A DNA stretch of 64,000 nt from assembly GCF_006345805.1 (NCBI RefSeq), contig NC_043001.1:112716001-112780000 (forward strand), in the 5' to 3' direction. Of the stretch, positions 49,056 to 62,629 are shown in pieces. Below the pieces are notes generated by a model. That model made no database searches. It was not told the origin of the DNA and was given only the letters and a program-made list of their open reading frames with translations. The first letter of the stretch is position 1; each line of letters starts with the position of its first letter. This DNA is from Octopus sinensis. Its lineage: Eukaryota. The translations under genes and the position numbers were made by a program.

Positions 49056-49443
49056 AAAAAATATATCTGTGCCTCTTTTCAACTGACTCGTATAAAACAT
49101 TGCCCCTATCTTTCTTCTGTCTACCTACTTCTTAATCCCTATTTCCATGTAACCCCATTTCCATCCATCATTTTACTAGCCCCTTTTATTTCCCTCTGTC
49201 CCCAACCCAGTTCTCCCTTAATCACGTCAATTTCCTACTTCCTTCCAAGCCTTACATACCCTTATCTGCTTATTGTTACCGCCCTGGCCACCATTTCACC
49301 TCCACTAAAGGCGACTCCTTTTTACTTTATAATCTTTCTGATTTCTTCCTTTCTTCCCCCCCCCCCCCCCGACCGAACCGAACCGAACCGAACCCATGTT
49401 TTGGGTATTTGTGGACTATTTTGTATGAGCTGTGAGTATACAC

Positions 49444-49477
<34 letters not shown>

Positions 49478-49490
49478 CAACACACACACA

Positions 49491-49525
<35 letters not shown>

Positions 49526-49533
49526 CACACACA

Positions 49534-49576
<43 letters not shown>

Positions 49577-49607
49577 ATATCAACGGATTGTGGTTTTTGT
49601 AGATTTT

Positions 49608-49720
49608 TTTTTGTAGTTTCATCCGAATTCATCCAGCGGTTCTTGAGATAACTTGTGTTCAAGGACAAACAAACACAACTAAAAACAATACCTCCGCCTG
49701 CCTCGCTAAGGCAGGAGTAA
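49608..49720 (-). mobile_element. Possible Helentron-associated (DINE-1/HINE-like) terminus
   Basis: Minus: TACTCCTGCCTTAGCGAGGCAGGCGGAGGTATTG hairpin, then TGTTTGTTTGT and TATCTCAAGAACCGCTGGATGAATTCGGATGAAAC. Confidence 0.4.
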
Positions 49721-49728
49721 TAATAATG

Positions 49729-49784
<56 letters not shown>

Positions 49785-50783
49785 CAGCATGCTAATTGTT
49801 TGGAAAGCTTTTGATCATCGGTGTCCTAACTAGGGGCTAAACTGTGCAAGGATTTGGATCAAATGAGATTCAGTGTTTGGTAACGAACAAAATACAGTTT
49901 GTAGGTGATACGAACATCTGCTGTCTGTTTGGTTGGTTCTCTACATCGACTCAATCACATCTTTTTATTAATCTGGCCATAGCTTTCATAAAACATCTGT
50001 ATCTGTGTGTAGGGGTGTGTGTGTGTGTGCGTATGTGCATCAAAGTATTCATATAGTATACAGATACGTGTGTATATGTGTGTGTATGTGTGTATCTGTC
50101 ATGGCTCAACGCCTTGTAATAGTGCACAATGCCAAAAAAAAAAAAAAAAGGAAAATCAGAAAGGCGATGGCCATGGTGGGGTTGATAAGCATAATATTAA
50201 TGTATGTGTTCGTGTATAAAGTGCTGGAGAGGGCGGTTGGGGGGGGGAAATACCCAGTTAAACACCAGCTGAGCGGAAATAGACTGGTAGGGCCGATATG
50301 TTATATGAACTGTGCCTGATCAGAAAGTTAAATGTATACACACATACATACATATAAATTTATGTGTGTATATAAGTCACTATGTGTGTTTGTGAGTGGG
50401 TGCGCATTCATGCGTATGTACATGTGTGTCTATGTATACATATTTAAGTATATATGCATACATTCGCATATATATTTACATTACATATATACATAATGTG
50501 TATAGATCTACATATGTATCAAACCGCAATTGGGTGTTTGAGAAGACTTCAGCCGCGACCTCTTCCCATTGATTCTTTCAATTTGTTTGTGAAAAATCTG
50601 TACATGTTGATCAAAGAGGGGAGGAATCTATGCTTTTTCACCTGTGTGTGTGTGTGTGTGTTTGTTTGGATCTGTGTATTTGTCTGTCTGTCTATGTATG
50701 TATATATGTCTATGTATGTATGTATGTATGTATGTATGTGTGTGTGTGTGTGGTGTGTGTGTGTGTGTGTGTGGTGTGTGGTG

Positions 50784-50820
<37 letters not shown>

Positions 50821-50834
50821 TGTGTGTGTGTGGA

Positions 50835-51263
50835 GGATCTTTTCGGTTTGAACGGCAGTTTTTAAAAATAATTTCCACGTAACTAAATAATTTTAAACTT
50901 CGTATACCGGTAGAATGTGTTTATAAAACATCTTTTTCTCTTGGTTTTATTGAGAAAATTCTATAGTTTGTAAGATATTTGTTTGTTTTTTTTTTTCTTC
51001 AATTTCTGCAATTTCAACCAATCAATGACGTCTATTGAGGTGAAAACATTCTGTGCCGTATGAATATGTCCCTCGTTTAAGAAACAGATTGGGTTTATTT
51101 ATTTACATTTCTGAAGAAAAAAAGATACCCTTCCCCCCACCCCTAACCCTAACTAACCCTAAAACACATTGAAATGCAATAGATCGATACTAGGGTCATA
51201 ATTATGGGTGACAATTTCATATGACGCCGCTAGAAAAAACTGCCGTTCAAACCGAAAAGATTT
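50835..51263 (+). mobile_element. Merlin-like MITE family M1
   Basis: TIRs and body match the 32756 copy; right tip degenerate. Confidence 0.88.
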
Positions 51264-52065
51264 GATGATCATTTCTTTATAGTAAAGGTGGGACGTAATA
51301 ACTTTAACCTGATTCAAGTTTTTTTTTTTTTTATTATTCTTCAGTGTTTATTATTAGATTTGAAAACAAATTAGAAGCAGATTATGTCATGATACTGCAT
51401 GTACAAAATCATTATAAAGAAAGCTTACAGGTAACGTGTACAACACTCGGCACACCTAGAACAGAGACACACCTGGTGGGAATTGGTGTTTAGTACCGGG
51501 GTTAAATTGCAGGTATATAAGAACCTGTGGGGGCACATCTGTTCTTAGAAAAATAATGAATCTTTAATTTTATCTCACACACTAAGCAACAATTAATTAA
51601 AATGTTTTAATGGTAACATATTTGATGCTAAATATGTTATGTTAACAGAACGGTTACATTTTAGAAGTGTTAAAAACTTTTAATAAATTATTGCTTTGGC
51701 TTAAACTGACTTTTTATATTGATTTATAGAGAACTTTGCCAGTGTGTTGTTTTAGATTTGAACCAGAGAAAAATGTTGCTACTAGTGTGGGATTTCTCAT
51801 TCACGTTTTAGCCCAGCTTGCGGTACCTGCACCCTACAGGGTGCACGATGGCATTCCAGGTGGGGTACGACAAGAAAGGAAAGTATTATTATATAATGCT
51901 GTTCAGAATAAAGTGTTCTCTTAAAAATAGCTGTTTTATTAAGCGCACCTAGAACTTTTATAATTCGTTAATACTGAAACAACACAGTGGCAAAGTTCTC
52001 TATAAATCAAAAATAAATTAGTTATTTAAAAACTGAGTCTTTCATCTTCAACTGTGACTACTTTT

Positions 52066-52287
52066 GGCGATCTTTCGTCTCTAGTAGACCTTTCCGTCGA
52101 TTTCCGTAAAAAATTTTTTTTTTTACATATGGGCTTGCGGGAACTTTTGAAATAATATACATACATATACACATACACCGAGTAAAAAATTTCAGTTATC
52201 TCTTTCTTTCACACATTACTCTCTCTTCACACACACTAACAGAAGCACTTCACTTACACAACATACTGTCTGTCTTCCATACCCCAT

Positions 52288-52327
<40 letters not shown>

Positions 52328-52501
52328 CATCAATGCTTCCCCTGGACGGTAACTTCAAAAGAACTTCCCTCGTCATACAATCGCTTTCTCTTAGTCTCTT
52401 TCGCTCTCATTACTTCAAAAGTTCCTGCAAGCCCATATGTAAAAAGTTAAAAGTTTTTTACGGAAATCGACGGAAAGGTCTACTAGAGACGAAAGATTGC
52501 C
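52066..52501. mobile_element. Merlin-like MITE family M2 (436 bp, TIRs about 85-90 bp)
   Basis: Perfect 8-bp TSD CTACTTTT; GGCGATCTTTCGTCTCTAGTAGACCTTTCCGTCGATTTCCGTAAAAA and its reverse complement. Confidence 0.92.
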
Positions 52502-52759
52502 CTACTTTTTAGGGGTGCGAAAATTAACCAAACATTTCTTAGTGAAGTGGGGAATAGAAAATGTTAGTAACCTCTGTTGTAACCCTTGTATCTATTCGGT
52601 CCCTTTGTGTCTCTTCTTATGTGTATACTTATGTTTTCTGTCTTTCTCTCTCTCCTGATCACTTAGAAAGAAGCTTGTGTTTGTGCGGGCCAAACAGACC
52701 TTTTATGCCATCGTTCGATTTGTGAAATAACGGCTAAATTTTCTCCAGACATAACTTAC

Positions 52760-52854
52760 GCAACGAAAAACATTTTCCGGTACAGTCAGTGGAATCATAG
52801 CCATGCAAAAAGACTGAATGTATTTGGTCATAAGTTCGTTCAGTCAAATCTGAC
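52760..52854 (-). CDS. Candidate internal exon (SDLTERTYDQIHSVFLHGYDSTDCTGKCFSL), unknown gene
   Basis: Minus: TATTTCATTCCAG| acceptor and |GTAAGT donor; 95 nt with exactly one open frame (phase 2 in, phase 1 out). Confidence 0.55.
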
Positions 52855-53025
52855 CTGGAATGAAATAGCTTGTCTGCGGCTGTTAATAATACTCTGCAAG
52901 ATGCTTACTTTAATCACAGCCGTCATCAAATAGTTATTGTTATCAAAATTAGGAGCTACCTAACATGCGTATCCTCTGGTTGTGGTTAATGTTATAATCC
53001 AATTATTGGTATATATTTAGATAAT

Positions 53026-53380
53026 GGAGGCGCAATGGCCCAGTGGTTAGGGCAGCGGACTCGCGGTCGTAGGATCGCGGTTTCGATTCCCAGACTGGGC
53101 GTTGTAAGTGTTTATTGAGCGAAAACACCTAAAGCTCCACGAGGCTCCGGCAGGGGGTGGTGGTGATCTCTCACTCTTACTTCCTGTTTCTGTTGTACCT
53201 GAATTTCAAAGGGCCGGCCTTGTCACTCTTTGTGTCACGCTGAATATCCCCGAGAACTACGTTAAGGGTACACGTGTCTGTGGAGTGCTCAGCCACTTGC
53301 ACGTTAATTTCACGAGCAGGCTGTTCCGTTGATTCGGATCAACCGGAACCCTCGTCGTCGGAACCGACGGAGTGCTTCCA
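53026..53380 (+). mobile_element. SINE family B
   Basis: Full length with internal deletion; ATATATTTAG near both ends. Confidence 0.92.
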
Positions 53381-53606
53381 CCATATATTTAGGTTCCGTT
53401 TCTTGCGATTACAATAAGCAAATTCCATTTATTTAATTTACTTGGGAGGAAAAGACGCATCCCCCCCCCAAAAAAAAATGACTTTAAGCCATGGCGATGT
53501 ATAGCAGAGTCAGTAGGGCTGGACATCTTTGAATCTGGGTCTTGTGGTCAAATTTCGTTGTGAATGATTTAGTTTTTTACATGTCCTCAAGATTTAAAAA
53601 GTTTAG

Positions 53607-53850
53607 GGTTCTTTTCGGTTTGAACGGCAGTTTTTTCTTGCGGTGTCATATGAAATTGTCACCCATAATTATGACCCTAGTATCGATCTATTGCATTTCA
53701 ATCTGTTTTAGGGTTAGGGTTAGGGGTGGGGGGAAGGGTATCTTTTTTTCTTCAGAAATGTAAATAAACCCAATCAGTTTCTTAAACGAGGGACATATTC
53801 ATACGGCACAGAATGTTTTTTTTTACCTCAATGGACGTCATTGATTGGTT
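53607..53850 (-). mobile_element. Merlin-like MITE M1, truncated, opposite orientation
   Basis: One TIR, (TTAGGG)n and body up to GACGTCATTGATTGGTT. Confidence 0.88.
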
Positions 53851-54976
53851 TTCCCTCCAAATATCGGGCCATGTGAAAGGATTATTAAAATCTAAAAAAT
53901 ACGAAGTTGTGATTGTTGTAGAGGTGTAAAATTACTTCAATAAAATCGGATTCTGAGTCAAATGGGAAAGATATATGTGATGGATGTCGAGTAGGAACAA
54001 ACTTGAAATGTCAGAAGAATTAATTTTTTCAGAATCGCAATCTTTATATTTTTCGCATATTTTGTACAATTTTTATTCAATGTTTCCTTTCATTCCATCA
54101 TAACAATGGAGGTGTGTGGTTTGTTATCGCAAGCAAGTCGAGCGTCTAATATTTTGAAGCCTCCTTCATGTCGTCTGCCGCACATCGTCCAAGCAGTCAT
54201 CCACGCATGGCTGAGTTTCAAATCAGGCAAGTTGGTGGCGGGTGGATGTGGGCATTCCGAAAGTAGGGTGGATGTGTTAGATTTTAAAGAAAATTTTTGT
54301 TTTGTGAACAAAATTTTCCCAGAATCTCCTTATTTTTAAATGTAGGATAATAAACAAAAAAAAAAAAAAAAACGAGGTTAAACAAAATATTATGGTTGGT
54401 TTGATTGAAATTTTGTAAAGGTGTTTTGGGGATGAAATCGTTGTTGCAGTTTTTTAAAACGTAGGAAACTGCTCAAAAGCAATGTGAATAACTAAGCATT
54501 ACATTTAACAGAATAATCTGAATGCAAAAGGGTTAATATGTTTGTATATGTAATAGCAGCAGCGACACCCTCTCAGTTGTGATAGCAGTGAAATACACAA
54601 AATGTGGAGGGTAGGACCAGAATTGGATTAAAGTATCTTTTGATCTTGAAGTGGAAGTAAGTCTACTTTCTATTATACTGAAACCTTATCATCTACCATA
54701 TTTGGGTGAAATATTTTTATGGAACTGAGTCATCTGCGCCACAGTGATGATAATTTGGTGGGCAAAATGTTTTATTCACGCTATATCGTCTACCACAACT
54801 TACATGACATCAGAGGTAAAGTATTTTCTCCTCTTCATCTCTTACAGTATATATTGTCAATTTGAGCCTCTCTTCTCTTACTTAGCCTTCTAGAAATAGC
54901 TGCCAAATTTCCCTGTATATATACCCTAACCAATGCCTTGAGTAAATTTGATAGACAAAAGCTTTGCAAATCCTGT

Positions 54977-55015
<39 letters not shown>

Positions 55016-55044
55016 AATGAATGTTTTTTATATATAATGAACGT

Positions 55045-55202
55045 GAAATACAGGAAGGGACGAACACGGAACACAGACAAATCATTCGAAGCCTTCAATC
55101 TTCAGTCAGACACCGAATCATCATAGCAAATTTCGGCTGTTCAATTCTGATATTTGCTCCAACTCGGCCAGCCCCAAGAAAAAAAACTAAGCTGTAAGCA
55201 TT
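55045..55202 (-). mobile_element. Unclassified repeat end in (TA)n, possibly Penelope-like
   Basis: Unique block between TA arrays; CTGAAGA..CGAA on the minus strand without full hammerhead pairing. Confidence 0.3.
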
Positions 55203-55220
55203 AATATATATATATATAAA

Positions 55221-55410
55221 GTTAATCCAAACAAGAAAACACAAAAAAAACACACCAATGCGAGGACGTGGAACAAATAAAGTATTATTGGACGCTCAGG
55301 GAAGAAGGAGGGTTTAACGTTTCGAGTGGAGCTCTTCGTCGGAAACATAGGAGAAGGAAAGATCCCGAGAAGGTAAGACAGAGGAAAAAAAATCGTTGGC
55401 GGTACTCACA
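55221..55410 (-). mobile_element. Penelope-like terminal repeat, family P2
   Basis: Homologous to 5083-5268. Confidence 0.7.
55312..55346 (-). ncRNA. Minimal hammerhead ribozyme, variant core CCGACGA
   Basis: Reverse complement: GUUU-CCGACGA-A-GAG-CUCCA-CUC-GAAA-CGU-U^AAAC. Confidence 0.6.
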
Positions 55411-55417
55411 AGATCAC

Positions 55418-55450
<33 letters not shown>

Positions 55451-55453
55451 ACA

Positions 55454-55486
<33 letters not shown>

Positions 55487-55762
55487 TTGTGTCTGTGAAA
55501 GCTTTCATTCTGCATTTTGCAGAATGTGAACTTTCACAAATGGTAAACCTTAAACGGTGAGGTTTGACAACTCCTCAACAAACCATGTTTATATTTGAAA
55601 ATATGCTGAATAAAAGATCCCTTACTTATAAAACAGGTCACAGTTAGCAACAAGAGGGGCATCTGATTGTAAAATTATGCCTCAACAAAATGTATTCATT
55701 TAGTCATTGCTAGCATGGAAACATAAAAGCAAAATGAAAACAAATCAATAATTATATATACA

Positions 55763-55812
<50 letters not shown>

Positions 55813-55866
55813 TATATATATATGTATATATTATATATATAATATATATAATATATATGTATATAT

Positions 55867-55918
<52 letters not shown>

Positions 55919-55931
55919 AATATTATATAAC

Positions 55932-56175
55932 GTGGCTTCCGTGCCAGTGGCACGTTAAAAGCTCCAACCGATCGTGGCCTAAGCCGGGTGCCCCTGGCAC
56001 CTGTGCAGGTGGCACGTAAAAAGCACCCACTACACTCGCGGAGTGGTTGGCGTTAGGAAGGGCATCCAGCTGTAGAAACTCTGCCAGATCAGACTGGAGC
56101 CTGGTGCAGCCCCTGGCTTCCCAGACCCCGGTCGAACCGTCCAACCCGTGCTAGCGCGGAAAACGGACGTTAAAC

Positions 56176-56209
<34 letters not shown>
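55932..56209 (+). mobile_element. 3' part of another SINE family with (GAT)n tail
   Basis: GGTTGGCGTTAGGAAGGGCATCCAGCTGTAGAAA..GGAAAACGGACGTTAAACGATGATGAT. Confidence 0.75.
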
Positions 56210-56211
<2 letters not shown>

Positions 56212-57643
56212 ATATATATGGACTCTATTGGTTGCATGCAATTAATGGAGCCACATGGAAATGTTCTGATGTTTGCTTATGTTTTCCAATAAACTTGGAT
56301 GAATTACCCTTATTTTTTTCCCCCTGAATTTTTTCAAATTGTAAAGGTAATTAAGGACACCCTGTACACACACACACACACATGCATGCATGCATGTGTG
56401 CGTGGACACACATATGCATAATCTCGGATACACTGACTGAATTAAAACGTTCGTTGGTTTGATCAGAGAGCTGCTCAAATATGGTTAACCTGAAGTTAAC
56501 AATTAAAGCATCGTGGCATGTATTTTTTTTTATTGAACCCTAAAATGACAGAGTAGAAAACTGTAGCATGTATAAATGGTTAAAGGCAGTGAAGTAATGC
56601 CAAACATTCTACAATGTCTGGCAAAGCATTGGAAAATAAGGGAGGGAAAGAAAAAAAGGGCGAGAGAAAGCATGCTATAGTCACTCCACTGGTTGAAAAA
56701 AAAAAATGGATGAGCCAATAGCCTGATTTGTTTGAATGACCTGAAAGGTTATGTGTATGTTTGCAGTGAGGAGAACAAATTGTTGACATAGTTCAAATCT
56801 GGTCATATCCACCAACATTCAAAGTAGCCATCTTTTTAAAAACTCATGAGGCACAGTTTCCTCATGAAACACAACTTTATATCACTCTATATCTGTCTCT
56901 CTTTCTAACTCTCCTTTTCTCCTCCCTTTCTATCATTGCTCTTCCTCTTTCCTTTTAACTCTCCCTGTATTACCTCCCTTCCTCTGCTTCTCTTTTTTTT
57001 CTTCTTCTTTTCTTTCTCCCCCATTATTGATTCTTAGTCTTTCACCTTCTCCCATACTAAATCCAGTGTTAACTCTTATTTTCCTCATCGATTTTACTGA
57101 TTAGTCACTTCTCACCTCTCCTGTTTAGACTTTCTATTATTATTCATAAGTACATCCAGTGTATACACACACTGATGCATTCATTCATTCACATTTTTCT
57201 ATGCCGCCCCCCCCCCCCCCACACACACACACCTCACTTCGCTCTCTTCATAAATCATAAAACAGAAATTGTTTATTCTGTCCAGACTTGGTAATCCTCT
57301 CCTAGAGATTTAACCCTGCATTTTAGGAAAGATTTTAGGGTCACTGTTAATATATAAATATATATATGTGTACATGCATGTATATATATATATATATATA
57401 TATATCAATGTATGTGTGTATCTGTGTATATATATATATACAGTCTGTGTATATTTTATAAAAGTATATACTTATATATATATATATATATAATAATACA
57501 CTTGTGTATATGTGTATAAATGCATATAACTATATATACACATATGTATATGTATATTAATGTATATATCTATGTATACACATGTGTATATGTATATAAA
57601 TGTATATATGTATACACGTGTATATATGTATATATGTATATAA

Positions 57644-57705
<62 letters not shown>

Positions 57706-57769
57706 GTGTGTGTGTGTGTGCACATGTGTATAATTGTATGTATATAGGCATGTATATGTGTGTATGTAT

Positions 57770-58150
57770 ATAGGGGTAAATGTGATTGTGATTATGAAGC
57801 TTACTTACGAATCACCTGGATCTGGGTTCAGTCCCACTGCTTGGCACACTGGGCAAGTGTGGTCTATTGCTCTGAGTTAACCAAAACCTTGTGAGTGGAT
57901 TTGGTAGACAGAAAGTGAAAGAACCTCATCAAGTGTGCATATGTGTGTGTGTATGTGTGTGAGTTGATATCTCCTTGTTTTGACATCATGTGATTTTTGT
58001 AAATGAGTGTCAGTGTCATACAAGCAGAGGAAGCAAGCAATTCTCCATGGAAACATGTTCACCTATGGGGAAATATTTTACTTAGAGACAGATGGGTGTT
58101 TGTGACTGGAAGGGTATCCAGCTGTGAAAAATCTGCCTCAACAAATTCTG
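57770..58150 (+). mobile_element. Old composite SINE (family-A-like head with a different body)
   Basis: GGGTTCAGTCCCACTGC..GTGAGTGGATTTGGTAGAC..GGAAGGGTATCCAGCTG. Confidence 0.6.
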
Positions 58151-58166
58151 GGCATCAAAACATTAT

Positions 58167-58358
58167 TCTTTTACTTGTTTCAGTCATTTCACTGAAGCCA
58201 TGCTGGAGCACGGCCTTAAGTCGAACAAATTGACCCCAGGACTTATTCTTTGTAAGCCTAGTACTTATTCTGTTGATCTCTTTTGCTGAACTGCTAAGTT
58301 ATGGGGACGAACACAGACACACAAACATACACACACAAACACACATATACATATACAT

Positions 58359-58404
<46 letters not shown>

Positions 58405-58587
58405 ATATATATATATACATACATGACGGGCTTCTTTCAGTTTCCGTCTACCAAATCCACTCACAAGGCGTTGGTCAGCCTGAGGCTATAGTAGAAGACA
58501 CTTGCCCAAAGTGCCTTGCAGTGGGATTGAACCCGGAACCATGTGGTTGGTAAGCAAGCCACTTACCACACAGCCACTCCTGCACCT
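58167..58587 (-). mobile_element. SINE family A
   Basis: Tail to head. Confidence 0.88.
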
Positions 58588-58747
58588 ATATATACACACG
58601 TGTGTGTTTATATATATATATATATACATACACACATGTATACATGCATATATATACATGTCTATGTGTATATGTATGTGAATGCATATATATACACATG
58701 TGTAAATACACCTGTGGGTGTATGTAAGCATGATTGCACTTGTATAT

Positions 58748-58780
<33 letters not shown>

Positions 58781-58781
58781 G

Positions 58782-58836
<55 letters not shown>

Positions 58837-59000
58837 TATATACACATATACACACATACATAACTTGTATGTATAAATTACACACACATGCTTGTGTGTG
58901 TATACATATATATATACTTGTGTGTATATATTTGTGAATTTGTATTTATGCATGGGTTTGTATGTATATATATATGCATTTATATATATGTATGTATATA

Positions 59001-59047
<47 letters not shown>

Positions 59048-59602
59048 ATATTTGTTTATATATATATGTATGTATATATTTGTATGTACATATCACATAT
59101 ATAATATTTCATGTTTAGGTGAAATTCCCTAGGTAACATATGGACTACTTTTTGTTGTGAATTTACTTATGTGTGTGTGTGTGAGTGTAAATAAAACCTG
59201 TCACTTTTGTTTGTACACACAATTACTTTTAGTCACATTCCCTCTTAGATTTTGTAGAGGTAATGGTGAGATGTAAAGTAAATGGCTTTGTATCCGCACG
59301 GCAGTGGATGAGGAAAACAAAAGGAAATGATGAGTCAATGTATCATGGGAGACTCTTTCACAAAAGCGTATGCATACAAACATACACACACACACATACA
59401 TGAACATTCTTGTCTGTGTATATTTATGTCTGTGTGTATATGTGTATATGTGTGCATGTGCACACTTTTAGGTGTTGTTTGTCTCGAAGTGCAAAAGCGA
59501 AGGGTAAATAGCCGAAGATAGAATGCCAGAAAGTAGAGTTCTGAAGACAGGACGACTGTAGAGGTCAGAAAATCTGAAAAGGTTTTCTATTTTTTGTTTA
59601 GT

Positions 59603-60008
59603 CTCTTTTCTCTTTTTCTCTTTTACTTGTTTCAGTCATTTGACTGCAGCCATGCTGGAGCAACGCCTTTAATTGAGCAACTCGACCCCGGGACTTATTC
59701 TTTTGTAAGCCCAGTACTTATTCTATCGGTCTCCTTTGCCGAACCGCTAAGTGACGGGGACGTAAACACACCAGCATCGGTTGTCAAGCAATGCTAGGGG
59801 GACAAACACAGACACACAAATGCATATATATATATATATATATACGACAGGCTTCTTTCAGTTTCCGTCTACCAAATCCACTCACAAGGCTCTGGTCGGC
59901 CCGAGGCTATAGTAGAAGACACTTGCCCAAGGTGCCACGCAGTGGGACTGAACCCGGAACCATGTGGTTGGTAAACAAGCCACTTACCACACAGCCACTC
60001 CTGCGTCT
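59603..60008 (-). mobile_element. SINE family A
   Basis: Tail to head. Confidence 0.92.
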
Positions 60009-60104
60009 ATATAGTTCTGTTGGAATATTAGAGAATGTATATAGCCTTTGGCTTATTTAACTCAAATTTAGATATTTCATGCAGTTATACTCTACAACAC
60101 ATAC

Positions 60105-60332
60105 CTCTCTCTCTAACCGCTCAGTCGAATTCGACTCTCGGTCACTCGTTGGATCAGTGTCCTTCAGTCAGTTCTATCCTTGGCCGCTTCCTTCAGACTG
60201 GCCATGTCCATTCCGGTATCACTCCTGATGGTGTCAAGCCAGCAGGTTCTCGGTCGGCCTCTTCCTCTCTTGCCACTGACCATTCCGAGCATGATGTCCT
60301 TCTCCAGGGATTCTCTCCGCATGATATGACCT
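60105..60332 (-). mobile_element. RTE-BovB-like LINE 3' end with (GA)n tail
   Basis: GHIMRRESLEKDIMLGMVSGKRGRGRPRTCWLDTI. Confidence 0.9.
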
Positions 60333-62460
60333 CCGCTCTCCTCACACATGCATGTGCATACAATTTTTGGTTGAACCTAGAAATATTTGCAAACTTCTGA
60401 ACAAAGATGAAAGCTTTTTGCAATGCTACCGAATTTCACCGAGGTGTGACATGCTTGACTTATACTTCCTCAATGTGTGTCACATTGAGCGAGTAAGAGT
60501 CTTCTGTAAACTAGATGTCAGTCAGTTTCTACATTCATTGTAAATCTATTTCATCACTAGTGCCCCTGAGGGTGATATTCACTGGGAATGCACAAAAGCT
60601 CTTTTCAGAAGTATTTACTTTGAATTGTTATTATCTCATATCTGATTAGCCTATTACTATGTAACATGGTTTTGGTATACATACCATATTGGTATTTCCT
60701 CTCAAGTTCTATATACTCTAGGAACACATTAAAGCCCTTTACGGGGCTGCTTTATTTGAATTCTTTCTATCAGGTAACTAATTTCAATTTGGATATTCAT
60801 AACTTATTGGGATTTCCTAAAAACAACATCCTATGTAAGACAGTTTGGTATTCTCTGTAAATGCACAAAAATCATTTTAAGGATTACATACAGTGTATCG
60901 TTGTTATTGGATTAGCGAAACAATTATGAGAATGGAACAAAGGGATAATCCCTGCTTTTCCGGGAATAACCGAGTCCGTCAGCTAGTATATATTCAACAG
61001 TTGAAACACTCCTGTCACAACCTGGGACCTTGAAGACTGCTTTAATGCAAGAAAGTATACTAGTCCCTTAATATCTGATATTCATTATTTCATCTATTCA
61101 ATAAGACAATCATTACTTCATTTCATTTTACTCTCTATATATATTATTTATACTATATATTCTATATTCTACATTAATATTATAAAGAATATAAATAAAA
61201 CATAAAAAACAGAGTTGGAATTCCTTTGAATAATATATATCCCTCTATACACAATCATACAAACCCCTTTATATATATACACATATCTTATACATATATA
61301 ATTATATAGAAATACAATAAGAGGCTTCCAAATAGGAAATATATATATACACACACACATATCTTACACATATATAATTATATATATATATAATCTTACA
61401 TCTTTTATGCAAGAATGTGGTTGACAGTGACTTAGGTATCTGGGCCAGCTAAGCCATCAATGAATGGGTTTAGCTGGTTGAAATTTCAAAGTCACTCACT
61501 GCACTGGCAACAATATTCTTGTATAAGATTGATAAATTTGTACTCTACAAAAGTATAGAGTAACCCATCAGATTAATGTAATATTATTTTTTTTATAAGT
61601 GAACATAGAAACAAACATTGATATATATGTATATATATATATAAAGGAGTGATGTAAGAAAGCTTTTTTTAGGAAATATTTATAGCCTTGCTGTGGAAAA
61701 TATATTCCGTGTTTAAATCATGTTTTCTTTGTAACTAGAAAAAAGGATCAACCTGACTGGTTTTAGTGTTTTTATTATCGCTTCATCAGTGATTAATTGT
61801 AGCTTATTGCTATTTTTAGTATAAACTGTATCAAAATAGAACTAAAGTGGTCTGTGCTAGTTTTATAACAGTGCAATTGTTGATTTATATTAATTAATTA
61901 ATAAGAGTACTACATGGCATTAGAATTAATTATACAATTTGCTGTAATGTAGTCCTTTTCTCTTTTAAAAGCAAATACTTTGAGAAAAACATTGTTTACT
62001 ATGCTGCTGCCTCTGTGACCAACCAACCCATCAGCAAAGTACACAAGCCTAATGGAGCTCAACTGTAAAAGTTACTTGCGTCGCTATGGCACCTTTTTCA
62101 CAACTTTCAAAGAGAGCACCAGTATCTTGTGGGCAGTGTTAGATAAGACAGTCATATAAGAATGATCAAAATATTGCAATCTCTGTCTTACAGAAAAACA
62201 CCACACCCTACCTTGATCTGTGAATAAAAAGAATGCTCTAATTTTGATTTGTTGACATGTGCCCAAATTTTTCCTTGGGAATTTGAAAAAGGATTCACTG
62301 ATGCATGACACTGCTTAGTCATTCCATTCCATTCCGTTCCGTTCCTTTCCTTTTCCAACTCACTGACTTGGTTGACTGAAAGGCTGATTAAACAAAACCA
62401 GTGGTCTGGGTATGTAATCCTTGTTTCTCTCACATAAATCAAGCACAAACACACACAAAG

Positions 62461-62499
<39 letters not shown>

Positions 62500-62629
62500 G
62501 TTGTCACTGCCAGATACGTAATCAAGTCTTTTCTCTGATACAATGCCATTTTTAAGGAGAAAGGGAATAATCGAGTTAGTTGTGTTATTGATTTCTAAAC
62601 AGTTGTAGACGGCCACAAATTTTAGGCGA

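Noticed and set aside
49612-49637. CTGGATGA-ATTCGGAT-GAAAC on the minus strand
   Set aside because: Extra base in the core, and better explained as the common Helitron/Helentron GATGAAA motif
51736-51924. 62-aa ORF with a plausible acceptor
   Set aside because: The minus strand CGTACCCCACCTGGAATGCC..GCACCC..GGGTGC.GGTACCGC resembles hAT subterminal sequence, and the donor is weak
55080-55115. CTGAAGA...CGAA on the minus strand
   Set aside because: No stem I pairing or NUH site can be built
60955-60987. Helitron-like 3' end (..CAGCTAG|T)
   Set aside because: Hairpin only 3 bp and no matching 5' end nearby
62040-62220. Open frames on both strands with possible acceptors
   Set aside because: Cannot choose a strand; no donor or homology support
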